Assembly: GCA_030141605.1 (NCBI GenBank)
Contig: JAQGDQ010000128.1
Span: 529,018 to 566,795 of the forward strand
DNA length: 37,778 bases
Direction: 5' to 3'
Origin: Tubiluchus corallicola
Lineage: Eukaryota > Animalia > Priapulida
Position numbers and translations under genes: made by a program. This document shows positions 13,564 to 26,900 of the stretch, piece after piece; the stretch's first letter is position 1; each line of letters starts with the position of its first letter. The notes beneath the pieces are model-generated. The model made no database searches. It saw only the letters and a list, made by a program, of their open reading frames with translations, and had not been told where the DNA came from.

Positions 13564-13980
13564 AGTTTAAAAATAATTTATTTAGGATTGGATCAGACAG
13601 TTTGTACAACATGATTTAGGATCCTCACCACAACAGACTTTATGCACTATTTACAAGAACATTTACAGTAAGAATAGACTATACTTAGTTTTTAGTATAC
13701 TTTAGTAGAAGATGACGGTTAACAAATATTAATGTACGATTATTTAAGACCGATGCATTTTATATCAGATAGAAACTACTGGAAGCGTTTAGTACGTAAT
13801 ATAAAGTCATGTATACATTGGAATATTTTGCAGTTAGCAACATAGTTAAATTCATCTTTACCGAATAATAACAACTTCAACAGATCATTATTTCCTAAGG
13901 CAGCTATATTAAGGTCTTCAGGCAGAAGTATTGCATTTAATTTATTAAACATTAATTTATTTAATTTATTAATTTATTTA
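13564..13980 (-). mobile_element. CR1-type LINE 3' fragment, copy 2
   Basis: Aligns with 3968-4394. TSD TGGATACAATT at 13553-13563 and 13981-13991. Confidence 0.88.
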
Positions 13981-14088
13981 TGGATACAATTTGTTAGAGA
14001 TACAAAAGCACAGCAAAAGATATGCGAAAAAAACACATAGTGATGGTGTTGTCATCATCACCAACATAACTGCCACCTTTAACATCAC

Positions 14089-14137
14089 AACCACCACCAC
14101 CACCACCACCACCACCACCACCACCACCATCTTCTTT

Positions 14138-14176
<39 letters not shown>

Positions 14177-14208
14177 GCAATTCTTACTGTTACCATCATC
14201 ACCACCAT
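14089..14208. repeat. (ACC)n/(ATC)n trinucleotide repeats
   Basis: Directly visible. Confidence 0.95.
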
Positions 14209-14332
14209 TCAGCAACTTCAACCAGTGTGTTAATGTTAAGTAGTTTATTGACGTGACGCATAGTTGTTTATATAAACCAATAAAACGTGTAAAATTTAAT
14301 CTCGAAGGCCAACGAAATACTGTAGAATGTCT

Positions 14333-14611
14333 CACGAATCACAGTAATTCATTTAGCGTAGCGCATGCGCTTAATGATGGATCACACTGTAGTGATTCCA
14401 TGATGACTGTCACTATGCAACAAGCGCAAGATGACGTTTGTAGCTGACTAGGGTGACGTCACGTTGTCCTGTCCACGAATCACAGTAATTCATTTAGTGT
14501 AGCGCATGCGCTTAATGATGGATCACACTGTAGTGATTCCAGGATGACTGTCACTACGCAACAAGCGCAAGATGACGTCTGTAGCTGACAAGGGTGACGT
14601 CACGTTATCCT
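14333..14611. repeat. 141-bp tandem duplication (2 copies)
   Basis: CACGAATCACAGTAATTC starts at 14333 and 14474, with few substitutions. Confidence 0.97.
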
Positions 14612-14983
14612 ATTGTATCCTTCGGAAATCAAACCGGCACTGTAGTACCGTTACAAACCCTGTCTGATTTGTCCTTGTACACCAAGAGACAACTGCAGAC
14701 ATTATCTTGATTGGTAGATAAATTGATCGGTTGGTTGAAGATTTTAACTAGTCAGTCAATTAGAAAATCCCTACGTATCGCTAAGAGGGGTGTTGCTACG
14801 TCATATTTTTGACCCGCCCACCTTGATGACGTAACACACATTCTCACAAACACTCATTGGTTGCAAGTCGCTACAGCATATAAGGTGAACAAAGGTGAAA
14901 AACATGGATACCTCCTGTGCTGCCATCTGCCCAAGCTTTCCCGCCAAGTTTTTAAAATGGCGGAAAGACAACAAGTTGTAAAT
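14350..14983 (+). promoter_or_regulatory. Candidate Pol II promoter (NRF1, CRE, GC-box, CCAAT, E2F, YY1-like motifs) with a possible first micro-exon
   Basis: GCGCATGCGC at 14361 and 14502; GTGACGTCAC at 14453 and 14594; CCCGCCC 14813; TGACGTAA 14827; ATTGG 14856; TTTCCCGCC 14937; AAAATGGCGG 14954; ATG at 14957 (MAERQQV) then GTAAAT at 14978. Confidence 0.5.
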
Positions 14984-15109
14984 AATTCATCTTTTATTAT
15001 ATTCATTTTCTTTGTTTCAGTAATTTCTGTTTTGAAATATTAGTAACATTTGAGATTTGTTTCAGATGACTAATTATTTTATTACTATATTATTATAAAT
15101 AATTAGTAA

Positions 15110-15728
15110 AATCAACTATCAACAAATAAATTTGGAAATAACTCTATATCAAAACAAGCTATACATTTATGGAACTTACTACCCAGTGAAATAAAACAAA
15201 TAGAATCTCTCAACCACTTTAAAAAGAAATTAAAAGAATATCAATATAACAGGTCTCAACTTCCACATTGTGCATCTGACACTAATTACACAGACTCAAC
15301 TTTCATCTACCCCCCCCTGACTCCATAAAACGATTAAAAATGTAAATATTTTAAAAAAATTATGTAATGTAATACGTGTTGTGTTAGTTTTGTAATGTCA
15401 AATGTATAAATAGTGTAAATGTAATGAGTGAAATTTATGTAATGTAAAGCATGTTTCTGTTAATTGTGTCATGTTAAATGTATATATATAGTGTAAAATA
15501 TGTCATGTAAAATTTAATGTACTTTTGTAATATTGTTTTGTAAAAATATTTTAATATGGTGTTTGTTCATTCATTGTACATAATTAGGCCTTAGTTTTGC
15601 ACTTTAGTTTCTTTTTAGTCTGCACTGGACGCATTTCTCTTGAACAGTGTTGTTATTTTAACATTACGCTGAGGCTTACTCAATTTTATTATAATGAGTG
15701 AACCATTTTAATGACAAATAAAGAATTA
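15110..15728 (+). mobile_element. L2/Crack-type LINE 3' fragment with 3' UTR
   Basis: Translates TNKFGNNSISKQAIHLWNLLPSEIKQIESLNHFKKKLK to a stop at 15326-15328. AT-rich UTR ends AATAAA near 15717, followed by (AT)n. Confidence 0.8.
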
Positions 15729-15769
<41 letters not shown>

Positions 15770-16161
15770 TTTCCCTGTATTTCTTTACGCGCTTCACATA
15801 CAAATGCGGCGAGTTTGGGAGTAAGTCATGGCGTGAGCACTCGAAAAACTGATAGAGTCGAGATACAGCAGATCTAGTCGGTTGATTGACGTTCTGCGAT
15901 CTGTGTACTCTGCTCTTCCAAAGTGACATTATTACCTCGCTATTAGCTAAGCTAATGCTCACAGGTAACACAATAGGTGAATACATTATAATCAGCAGAA
16001 CATCACTCACTCTACAGGTAAGCAGCAACGTGTCATGGGAACGCTAAGCGTCCGTAAGTAATAGAGCCCTATTGACGTGTATATTTCCAAGGCAACAGGA
16101 GCAGAAGCTCTTAAGCTCTAGGATTTACGACTGTTTACCGGAAGTAGGGGTTTATTCTTCC

Positions 16162-17757
16162 GCATTTTGAATTAAGGTAAAAAGTATACATTTTACCACA
16201 TATGCATTTTGAATTACAGTAAAAAGTATACATTTTAACACATATGCATTTTGAATTATGGTAAAAAGTATACATTTTAACACATATGCATTTTGAATTA
16301 CGGTAAAAAGTATACATTTTAACACATATGCATTTTGAATTACGGTAAAAAGTATACATTTTAACAAATATGCATTTTGAATTACGGTAAAAAGTATATA
16401 TTTTAACACATATGCATTTTGAATTACGGTAAAAAGTATATATTTTAACACATATGCATTTTGAATTACGGTAAAAAGTATACATTTTAACAAATATGCA
16501 TTTTGAATTACGGTAAAAAGTATATATTTTAACACGTATGCATTTTTAATTACGGTAAAAAGTATATATTTTAACACGTATGCATTTTTAATTACGGTAA
16601 AAAGTATATATTTTAACATATATGCATTTTGAATTACGGTAAAAAGTATATATTTTAACATATATGCATTTTGAATTACGGTAAAAAGTATATATTTTAA
16701 CACATATGCATTTTGAATTACGGTAAAAAGTATATATTTTAACACATATGCATTTTGAATTACGGTAAAAAGTATACATTTTAACACATATGCATTTTGA
16801 ATTACGGTAAAAAGTATATATTTTAACACGTATGCATTTTGAATTACGGTAAAAAGTATATATTTTAACACGTATGCATTTTGAATTACGGTAAAAAGTA
16901 TATATTTTAACACGTATGCATTTTGAATTACGGTAAAAAGTATATATTTTAACATATATGCATTTTGAATTACGGTAAAAAGTATACATTTTAACAAATA
17001 TGCATTTTGAATTACGGTAAAAAGTATATATTTTAACACATATGCATTTTGAATTACGGTAAAAAGTATACATTTTAACAAATATGCATTTTGAATTACG
17101 GTAAAAAGTATATATTTTAACACATATGCATTTTGAATTACGGTAAAAAGTATATATTTTAACACATATGCATTTTGAATTACGGTAAAAAGTATATATT
17201 TTAACACATATGCATTTTGAATTACGGTAAAAAGTATATATTTTAACACATATGCATTTTGAATTACGGTAAAAAGTATACATTTTAACAAATATGCATT
17301 TTGAATGACGGTAAAAAGTTGACATTTTAACAAATATGCATTTTGAATTACGGTAAAAAGTATACATTTTAACACATATGCATTTTGAATTACGGTAAAA
17401 AGTATACATTTTAACACATATGCATTTTGAATTACGGTAAAAAGTATACATTTTAACACATATGCATTTTGAATTATGGTAAAAAGTATACATTTTAACA
17501 CATATGCATTTTGAATTACGGTAAAAAGTATGCATTTTAACACATATGCATTTTGAATTACGGTAAAAAGTATATATTTTAACATATATGCATTTTGAAT
17601 TACGGTAAAAAGTATACATTTTAACACATATGCATTTTGAATTACGGTAAAAAGTATATATTTTAACAAATATGCATTTTGAATTACGGTAAAAAGTATA
17701 CATTTTAACAAATATGCATTTTGAATTACGGTAAAAAGTATACATTTTAACACATAT
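16162..17757. repeat. 42-bp satellite, ~38 copies (TGCATTTTGAATTACGGTAAAAAGTATACATTTTAACACATA)
   Basis: Strict 42-bp period, high homogeneity. Accounts for the 579, 385 and 116 aa ORFs. Confidence 0.99.
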
Positions 17758-18190
17758 AATAATGCCAAAGCGTTTCTGATGATTAAATAAAAAGACAAAA
17801 ACTTAATTAACGGCAGCCGAGACCAGCTAGTGACGACATCACAAACGAACAAAATATTCAACAGCATAAACGTTTCATGAGCGTGTTGCACGTGTTTGTG
17901 AAAACGAAAATTGAAGTAGAGTGCTACTGTACAACATTCAGAGTGATATACAAAAACTCGGCAAATTTAATTTTGAAATTAAAAAAATGGAGTTCACATA
18001 TGAGCTCTCGAACGTGTGTACTACGTCACAACTGGACACCTTTCAAGTGAGAGGTACAGCACCTCTTCTTTGTGCAACGCCATACTGAGATGTGGGCGCT
18101 AGTGCCTATCTAACTAGCGAATGGCGATATGCATGTGGCCGTGATAAATTATCCATGTGAACGCTGAATTACGTTTCTGTGGCAATAATA
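17758..18190. mobile_element. Second, inverted copy of the 4477-5011 dispersed repeat, continuous with the 42-bp array
   Basis: GTGATATACAAAAACTCGGCAAATTT (17943) is the reverse complement of AAATTTGCCGAGTTTTTGTATATCAC (4755). CTACGTCACAACTG corresponds to CAGTTGTGACGTAG. Confidence 0.8.
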
Positions 18191-18224
18191 TTTTCATGCT
18201 AGTTAATAATTTAAACCTGTTTAG

Positions 18225-19705
18225 TTTAAACAATTTATTTAGGATTGAAACAGACAGTTTGAACAACATGATTTAGGATCCTCACCACAACAGACTTTAT
18301 ACACTATTTACAAGAACATTTACAGTAAGAATAGACTATAACTACACAAGCTGACAAGTTTTACTACAAGATTACATTAGATATTAGTAACATTTACAGT
18401 AAGAATAGACTATAACTACACAAGCTGACAAGTTTTACTACAAGATTACATTAGACATTAGTAACATTTACAGTAAGAATAGACTATAACTACACAAGCT
18501 GACAAGTTTTACTACAAGATTACATTAGACATTAGTAACATTTACAGTAAGAATAGACTATAACTACACAAGCTGACAAGTTTTACTACAAGATTACATT
18601 AGACATTAGTAACATTTACAGTAAGAATAGACTATAACTACACAAGCTGACAAGTTTTACTACAAGATTACATTAGACATTAGTAACATTTACAGTAAGA
18701 ATAGACTATAACTACACAAGCTGACAAGTTTTACTACAAGATTACATTAGATATTAGTAACATTTACAGTAAGAATAGACTATAACTACACAAGCTGACA
18801 AGTTTTACTACAAGATTACATTAGATATTAGTAACATTTACAGTAAGAATAGACTATAACTACACAAGCTGACAAGTTTTACTACAAGATTACATTAGAT
18901 ATTAGTAACATTTACAGTAAGAATAGACTATAACTACACAAGCTGACAAGTTTTACTACAAGATTACATTAGATATTAGTAACATTTACAGTAAGAATAG
19001 ACTATAACTACACAAGCTGACAAGTTTTACTACAAGATTACATTAGACATTAGTAACATTTACAGTAAGAATAGACTATAACTACACAAGCTGACAAGTT
19101 TTACTACAAGATTACATTAGACATTAGTAACATTTACAGTAAGAATAGACTATAACTACACAAGCTGACAAGTTTTACTACAAGATTACATTAGATATTA
19201 GTAACATTTACAGTAAGAATAGACTATAACTACACAAGCTGACAAGTTTTACTACAAGATTACATTAGATATTAGCAACATTTACAGTAAGAATAGACTA
19301 TAACTACACAAGCTGACAAGTTTTACTACAAGATTACATTAGATATTAGTAACATTTACAGTAAGAATAGACTATAACTACACAAGCTGACAAGTTTTAC
19401 TACAAGATTACATTAGATATTAGTAACATTTACAGTAAGAATAGATTATAACTACACAAGCTGACAAGTTTTACTACAAGATTACATTAGACATTAGTAG
19501 AAAATAACGGTTAGAAAATATTAATGTAAGATTATTTAAGACTGATGCATTTTATTTCAGATAGAAACTACTGGAGGCGTTTAGTACGTAATATAAAGTC
19601 ATGTATCCATTGGAATATTTTACAGTTAGCAACATAGTTAAATTTATCTTTTCTGAATAATAACAACTTCAACAGATCATTATTTCCTAAGGCAGCTATA
19701 TTAAG
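18225..19705 (-). mobile_element. CR1-type LINE 3' fragment, copy 3, carrying an internal 74-bp array
   Basis: 18225-18315 and 19500-19705 align with copies 1 and 2. Imperfect TSD CCTGTTTAG (18216-18224) / CTTGTTTAG (19706-19714). Confidence 0.88.
18316..19499. repeat. 74-bp satellite, 16 copies
   Basis: ACATTTACAGTAAGAATAGAC starts at 18316, 18390, ...; 16 x 74 = 1184 bp; almost invariant. Confidence 0.99.
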
Positions 19706-20099
19706 CTTGTTTAGAAGACGTATCTACGTATCTAATTGGAAAAGAAAATTCTGATAATTAAAAATATTCACGCGACTTGGTAAAACGTCACTCTATCGCT
19801 ATCCCAGTGTGCACCACTGATTCACCAAAAACATATTATTGATCTTAATGACGAGCTAAAGTGATTTATGCTTTTGTTTAGCTAGCGAAGTGTGCGCTAC
19901 GAATGCTCTGATCATTTTTTCAAACTTTACTCAATGTTATCTAAAATTGTTTCATCGCGGGAGTTTAAATTTACATGTTTTATACAGCGTGACTGCTGAT
20001 TGAAATCCTGCACGCAAAAAGGCAGTATGTAAGTGATATAAAATTTGAAAACGAATTTTTCAAGCTTTATGTTTATGAAGGGTTTTCTTATGCTTTAAC
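19706..20099 (+). mobile_element. Dispersed non-coding repeat (possible Kolobok-like end ...TGCT|TTAA)
   Basis: Reverse-complement match to 23490-23912. Diverged partial copy at ~20330-20452. Confidence 0.7.
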
Positions 20100-21031
20100 G
20101 TATAGATTTAATCATATTGTAATTTCTTTTCTCTTTACTAAAACGTAGGACTCTTATAATAGACCGGTAAACCTTTATTACTAAACAAGTACGAATTACT
20201 CTTGTTTTTGCATCATTGCAAATATCGTCATTGTAAAAATGTAATATTTATCAATAATTATGCGCATATTTTAATTACTAGTTCTTGTTTTCGATATATA
20301 TATGTAAAAGTACATTTAGAAAATTGTTACAAATTAAACTGTTTTACACAGCGTTACTATTAATGCAAACGCTGTGTGCAATAAGACAGCAGGCAAGTGA
20401 TTTCAAAACGAATTTTTTAAGCTTTATAAAGCATGTTTTGTTGTGCTTTAACTAATATACCCCAGACACTGAGCCACGTTGGAAAATCTTTCCACGAATG
20501 TATATTAAATCAACATTTGATTTGAAAGCTGTTCGCTATGATGCATGTAATTTGCTTGTAAATTGCTCATTACTTCTCCCTTCATTAATCTTAGATTAAG
20601 TTGGGAGATTGGCTGAGAACAAAAATGGCTCCCAAGTCATTAGTAAAATTAACAATTTATTAACGTTTTACACAAATTGCTCTAATAAAGCATGGAAATG
20701 ATGTAACGTTTCAAGCGAGGGGAACAGCAAAGTCGTGCTGGCTTTCCCCGAGAATTTAAGCAGTGCCAAACCTAGTTAGCAAACAGATGGGTGACTACCT
20801 CATACTGTTTTCGGGTAGTTTTGTCTGCCATACCTATAAGACTATTAACTAAGGTAGTCAGTCAATCAATCAATTTATTTCACTCCAGCAATACATATAC
20901 AATACATCAACATACAATATTATTGAAACAAAAGGAAACAGTATAGTTAAAAAAACGTTGATGAAGTCAAATTAACCAAATAAAAAAGTTGCTGTATGAC
21001 ACCTTGAAAGCTTGGCTTGTTAAGGTGGCAC

Positions 21032-21215
21032 AAATGAGTGAATGAAAGAATGGTTAGGGTTAGTAGACATGATGGAATGGAAAAAAATAGTAAGATTAGG
21101 GATAGGAAGAAGGAAGGGAGGGGAGAATGAGTGAATGAAAGAATGGTTAGGGTTAGTAAACATGATGGAATGGAAAAAAATAGTAAGATTAGGGATAGGA
21201 AGAAGGAAAAGAGGA
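21032..21215. repeat. ~94-bp tandem duplication, probably within a minus-strand LINE 3' UTR starting near 20860
   Basis: AATGAGTGAATGAAAGAATGGTTAGGGTTAG occurs twice. (CAAT)n plus TTTATT at 20860-20880 resembles a minus-strand LINE tail. Confidence 0.75.
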
Positions 21216-21296
21216 GAAGAAACGACCACAGTGTATGTTTAATTTAAAGTCTTGTAGTGACTAATGCTGTTTTAAGATTTCCTACTATCATCGAGA

Positions 21297-21318
21297 TTGC
21301 TGTTGCTGTTGTTGTTGC

Positions 21319-21403
<85 letters not shown>

Positions 21404-21405
21404 GC

Positions 21406-21439
<34 letters not shown>

Positions 21440-21608
21440 GATGCTGCTGCTGCTGTCGTTGTCTTCGTTGATGTTGTTTTTGCTTTTGTTGTTGTTGTTG
21501 TTGTTGTTGTTGGTTTTGCTCGTATTGTTGCTGTTGTTGTTGTTGCTGCTGTCGTTGTCTTCGTTGTTGTTTTTGCTTTTATTGTTGTTGTTGTTGTTGT
21601 TTTTGCTT

Positions 21609-21643
<35 letters not shown>

Positions 21644-21767
21644 GATGCTGCTGTCGTTGTCTTTGTTGTTGTTGTTGTTTTTGCTTTTGATGTTGTTGTT
21701 TTTGCTGTTGTTGTTGCTGCTGTCATTGTCTTTCTTGTTGTTGTTATTATTGTTGTTGACGTTGTTG
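21297..21767. repeat. (GTT)n degenerate trinucleotide array
   Basis: Directly visible. Confidence 0.98.
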
Positions 21768-22455
21768 AGTTATCACATTACTGCCACTAGTGTATTACTG
21801 CAGCTGCTATGGAACGTCATTACTAGCTGAACATTAAAATTTAACGAGCATCATTAAGGCGGGTTTTAGAGGTTTTAATGGAGGAGGTTTTACGACAGCA
21901 GCAGTTAAATTGTTGACGATCTATTCTTCTTCTTCATCGTCGTAAATTAACCCGAGTGTCGTCATGTACAAAATTACAAACACCTTCAGCACATTAAAAG
22001 TTAATTAATAACAAATTAAGAAAAGACGAGAAGTTGAAGACGAACTTTAAAAAAATTGAAGCTGAAAATACTTGATGTCGTAAATTGAATTGAATTGAAT
22101 TGATTTTTTATGAAATAAATGTTTTGTGTTTTACACATGAAAAATGAAAGTAATACACATCATCAGTACATCAAAACAAAATCTATATGTTAAAACAAGT
22201 CAAAACAAACACAATAAAAACATAATTTTTTGATTTCTCTTATTGTTTTGTGTCCTGTATTTTTTGATATTAATTAATAATTGCGCTTAGTTAGTGGCTA
22301 TAAAGTGCTTATAAAATGCAATGAAAGATGCTGATTTTAGTGATTTTTTTCTTTTTCTTTTTTCATTCTACTTGAGAATGTGCACAGAGGTTTTTCGAAA
22401 CGTCGTATCTTTTCCATTTCTTCGTGTTTCTGTCGTTGTTGTTAAGAATTTATAT

Positions 22456-22866
<411 letters not shown>

Positions 22867-23489
22867 TTATTTTTTCTTCATCTCTCTTGGCTAAAGTGAT
22901 GCGCAGCAATGATCAATAATTTACATTTAACATTATTTCGCGACATTATACCTATAAAAGCACCTCCATTGGCAACCCGTACCAGTACCACGCACGACGT
23001 TCGCCAAAAGGGACTTTCGCTTATTTTGACCAAAAAGAAAGGAGTTAGCCGCAACCATCGTGTCACGTAGGTGTATTTTACTGCCGTGCGCATATGAAAT
23101 TGAATAAACGTTAAGATGTCTATGACGCATTTCATGGCATGTACATAGATCCCACGAGTAAGACTAGTATTTAGTGGTGAATATGGTGCTACTATAATCG
23201 AATAAAGTGCTCTCGGTGGGGCGAAACTTTTCAGAATTATACGACACAGAATGAATGACACACGAGCGAATACCATCCTAGGAAAGCAACAAAAACGAAA
23301 TTAAACAGTGAGGTTTTGTAACAACGATGAACACCAACCCAAAATTAGTCAGTACAGTTTCAGAGAAACCTTTTATTACAAATGTAACAACATGGGTAAG
23401 ATGACTATGAAGCATATATACAAGCAGACTAGCGTTCACTAATGAAGTCGGCGTCAGGGACTGCAGTGAGGTTTTGGCTCACGGTATGG

Positions 23490-23912
23490 TTTAAAGCACA
23501 AGAAAACCCTTCATAAACACAAAGCTTAAAAAATTCGTTTTGAAATTTTATATCACTTACGTACTGCCTTTTTGCGTGCAGGACTTCAATCGGCAGTCAC
23601 GCTGTATAAAACATGTAAATTTAAACTCCCGCGATGACCGTTAGACGCAGCCATTTTCACGACAGGTCATTTGAAACAAGTTTACATAACATTTTGTAAA
23701 GTTTGAAAAAATAATCAGAGCATTCGTAGCACACAAGTCACTAACTAAATAAAATTTAAAATTACTGCATCTTGTCAATAAGATTTAAATACGTTTTTTG
23801 GTTAGTGAGTGGTGCACCCTGGAGGTGAGTCAGCGACATTTTACCAATTGGTGAAAACATTTTAAATAATTAATAATTTTCTTTTCTAGTTACATAAGTC
23901 TTTCTAGCAGGT
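23490..23912 (-). mobile_element. Inverted copy of the 19706-20099 repeat
   Basis: GTCACGCTGTATAAAACATGTAAATTTAAACTCCCGCGATGA is the reverse complement of 19952-19993. Begins TTAA|AGCACAAGAAAACCC. Confidence 0.75.
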
Positions 23913-24207
23913 AAGCAAAAAGCTAAGTAACATAGATTTGCACGGAAAGTCTTTTGAGACATAATTTAACGTTGCCTTTTCTTCCCTTGATTTACGTTTG
24001 GTACATGACGTCATGCAATGGCGACTTCGGAACAGTATTGTGAGAGATTTAAAATGAAAACAAACTGAAATTCCTTTCAGTACGAGTAAGATATACGCAT
24101 AAAATTGCTATAAAGTAATATAATTTTTTAAGGCGATTTTTCTGAAACCTACTTCAGATACCCCTTTTCTTGTCCTTTAACGCTGATGACCAGAATGTGA
24201 TTAACGC

Positions 24208-24462
24208 CATTGTTATGAGAATCTAAGCATTTATTATGAGAATCTAAGCATTGTTATGAGAATCTAAGCATTGTTATGAAAATCTAAGCATTGTTATGAG
24301 AATCTAAGCATTGTTATGAGAATCTAAGCATTGTTATGAGAATCTAAGCGTTGTTATGAGAATCTAAGCATTGTTATGAGAATCTAAGCATTGTTATGAG
24401 GATCTAAGCACTGTTATGAGAATCTATGCATTGTTATGAGAATCTAAGCATTGTTATGAGAA
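24208..24462. repeat. 20-bp minisatellite, ~13 copies (CATTGTTATGAGAATCTAAG)
   Basis: Strict 20-bp period after the first unit. Confidence 0.97.
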
Positions 24463-25087
24463 AATGCAATGGCGTCCGGTTGCAATTTCTTTTTGGGAAA
24501 ACTCTTTAGTGATTCATTGATGATTACTACAGCTATTATCCATGGTTTAAAACGTTGACCAAAGATCACAGTTTTACCGACTTTCCAACAAGAGCTTCAA
24601 AAATCACTTTCGTAGTTTTTTCTACGAAACAATAACTTTGCTTGCAGTTTGAAGGCGGAAACCTTTTCAGGGTTTAGTTTTTCGTCCGATTAAAATTTCG
24701 GGAGGCTCTTCAATGGATTGTGAGCACAAAACACGAGAAACTCGTTTAAAATTTCGAAATTAAAAAGGGTTTGTTCGTTTGCCTTGTTACTTCAGGTTAA
24801 AAGCGGTGAAAAGTCAGAATATAAAACGGCATAAAACAATATTCTAAGTTGAGTAACTTGGCTTCTAGAAAAGTAGTTACCTCTGAAAGTAAATTGAGTA
24901 AGTTGAGTGACTTTAAGAAACAGAGTGAGTTGACAGTAAAATAAGGTAATTTTATATTCAAATTGTGGACCTGATGTTAAAACTGAGTGGCTTGACCCTC
25001 AAGTTGAGTTTGAGTGGGGATAAATAGGGAGGGTTAGGGTCAGGAAGGGCATGTAAAAACTGCGCCAAAACCTTCTATGAATGAGTC

Positions 25088-25446
25088 GGTGAGACTTAAA
25101 GGTAAAGTTCACAAAGCAGTGGTCAGACCCGCTCTAATCTATGGACTGGAAGCAGCTTCTCTAAAGAACACCGAAGAGAAGAAAATGGGTGTGGTGGAGA
25201 TGAGATGGATAGTGGGAGTAACAAGAAGAGATAAAATTAGAAATAATAATATCAGAGGAACAGTAAAAGTAGTGGAAGCCTCGCAAGATTGCGATGGTAT
25301 GGACACCTGAAAAGAAGAGTCGGTGAAGATCATGTGGGAAGGGAAGACATAAATGAAGAGATGGTCAACAACAGGAATGCGTGGAGAAGACTCATTCACA
25401 ACGGCGACCCCACATAGGGAGAAGCTGAGAAGAAGAAAAAGAAGAA
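25088..25446 (+). mobile_element. RTE-clade LINE 3' fragment
   Basis: RLKGKVHKAVVRPALIYGLE...GVTRRDKIRN, then (other frame) LRWYGH. Ends GACCCCACATAGGG plus a (GAA)n tail. Confidence 0.9.
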
Positions 25447-25807
25447 TGTTCTAAAAAAACAATTTACTGGTTAGGCAATTTGAGAACTCAAGCAGCAAGT
25501 TTTGTAAGTTAATGCTGAGTTATAAAACTAATTCAATTCTGAGTACCTATGTCGCCCAGTCTGAGTAGTTTACTGCACGTTTGTTGGACCCGCAGGCGTT
25601 GGATAAGTTGTAATAGACCACCAAGGAAATTTGCAGATACATGTACTATATTGATTCATCATTATATGACTGTTGCGTCTGTTGTAGATCCTGGGCAGGC
25701 AGAAATATAAAACAAACAAAATCTGCCCTCAAGACAGGTAAACACAGCAGTTAAAGGAAAGAACAAGTCACTCAGCATGTTGCGTTTGTTTTACTGTTAT
25801 CACTTAA

Positions 25808-26261
25808 CCCTTTCATACCCGTTGTATCCCTTGGGATACGAGAATATTTTCTGCCTTTGAAATTAATAAAATTTTAAAACTGACAGTCTAATCTGCTAAT
25901 AGTTATTTTGATTTAAGCCAATAACAATAGACTAAAAATAGTGATAAAATGGCAAACTAGAAAATCTACATAGAATAAAAAACTGCGCAAGGTACAGTAC
26001 TTTAGAGATGACTTTGTACAGATCAGCATAGCATGCGTACTAAATGTCTTAAATACTTTAAAAAATTATCAGCAGTTGCAAAATGAAGCACATTTTATGC
26101 TTCCATTGAATCCCAATGTATCCCGTGGGATACAGGCTATATTTAGCACACGGGCACAGGTAGAAAAAATAATTATTACGTGTAAACAAGATGGACATAC
26201 TGAACAAAAGTACCAAGCCAAAATTTTTTTCTTATTAAAAAATAATTTGGGACTGAAAGGG
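25808..26261. mobile_element. piggyBac-type MITE, copy 2
   Basis: TTAA TSD (25804-25807, 26262-26265), CCCTTTCA TIRs, same body as 10506-10958. Confidence 0.9.
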
Positions 26262-26900
26262 TTAAACTTAGAAAAACATATTAATGAAATTTACAAAGAA
26301 CTACTTATAAAGCATAAATTTAAAATTAGTACCTCTGAATGAAATTTTTCAGGCGGAGTGGTTGCCGTCATTTCACTTAAAAATTATGACGTAACTGGGA
26401 GGTTTCGTGTCGTTCTGTAAATGCATCGGGGCTTTCCGTAAGCGCGTCTATTTAAAGTAATTAAAATTTCTGCAGCTTACTCATGTTCTGTTGTGTTTTT
26501 CGAAAACCCTCACCATGACAAAAATTCATCTTAAGTATACTTGTTCACACAGTGGTGTGAACAAATAGTGCGAACAAATAGTGTGAACAAGCAATATTGT
26601 AACGGCTAAGCCATTTTTAATAATTCATTCACAATCCCAAGAAGATGCGCATTTTAAGAATCAATGGCGGTCTGTCACTTGACGTACTTTATTATTAATT
26701 AATAAAGATTAAATTGTTTGGCCAATACTCGAGAGCTTGGTCAGGCAGTCAGTCATTGATTCTTGAAAGCCATATAGCTTTACAAGCTAAGCAAAAGCAC
26801 ATTAGCGCAAACATGGGGAGTTAAGAGATCAGAGTCGATGGCACAAAATTACTATGCGCCTGTCTCACAGGTGGAATAAACTTCTACTCTCTGGAGTTTG

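Noticed and set aside
16135-17891. 579-aa and 385-aa repeat-protein ORFs
   Set aside because: A 42-bp monomer (multiple of 3) without stops in some frames; the monomer derives from a non-coding dispersed repeat.
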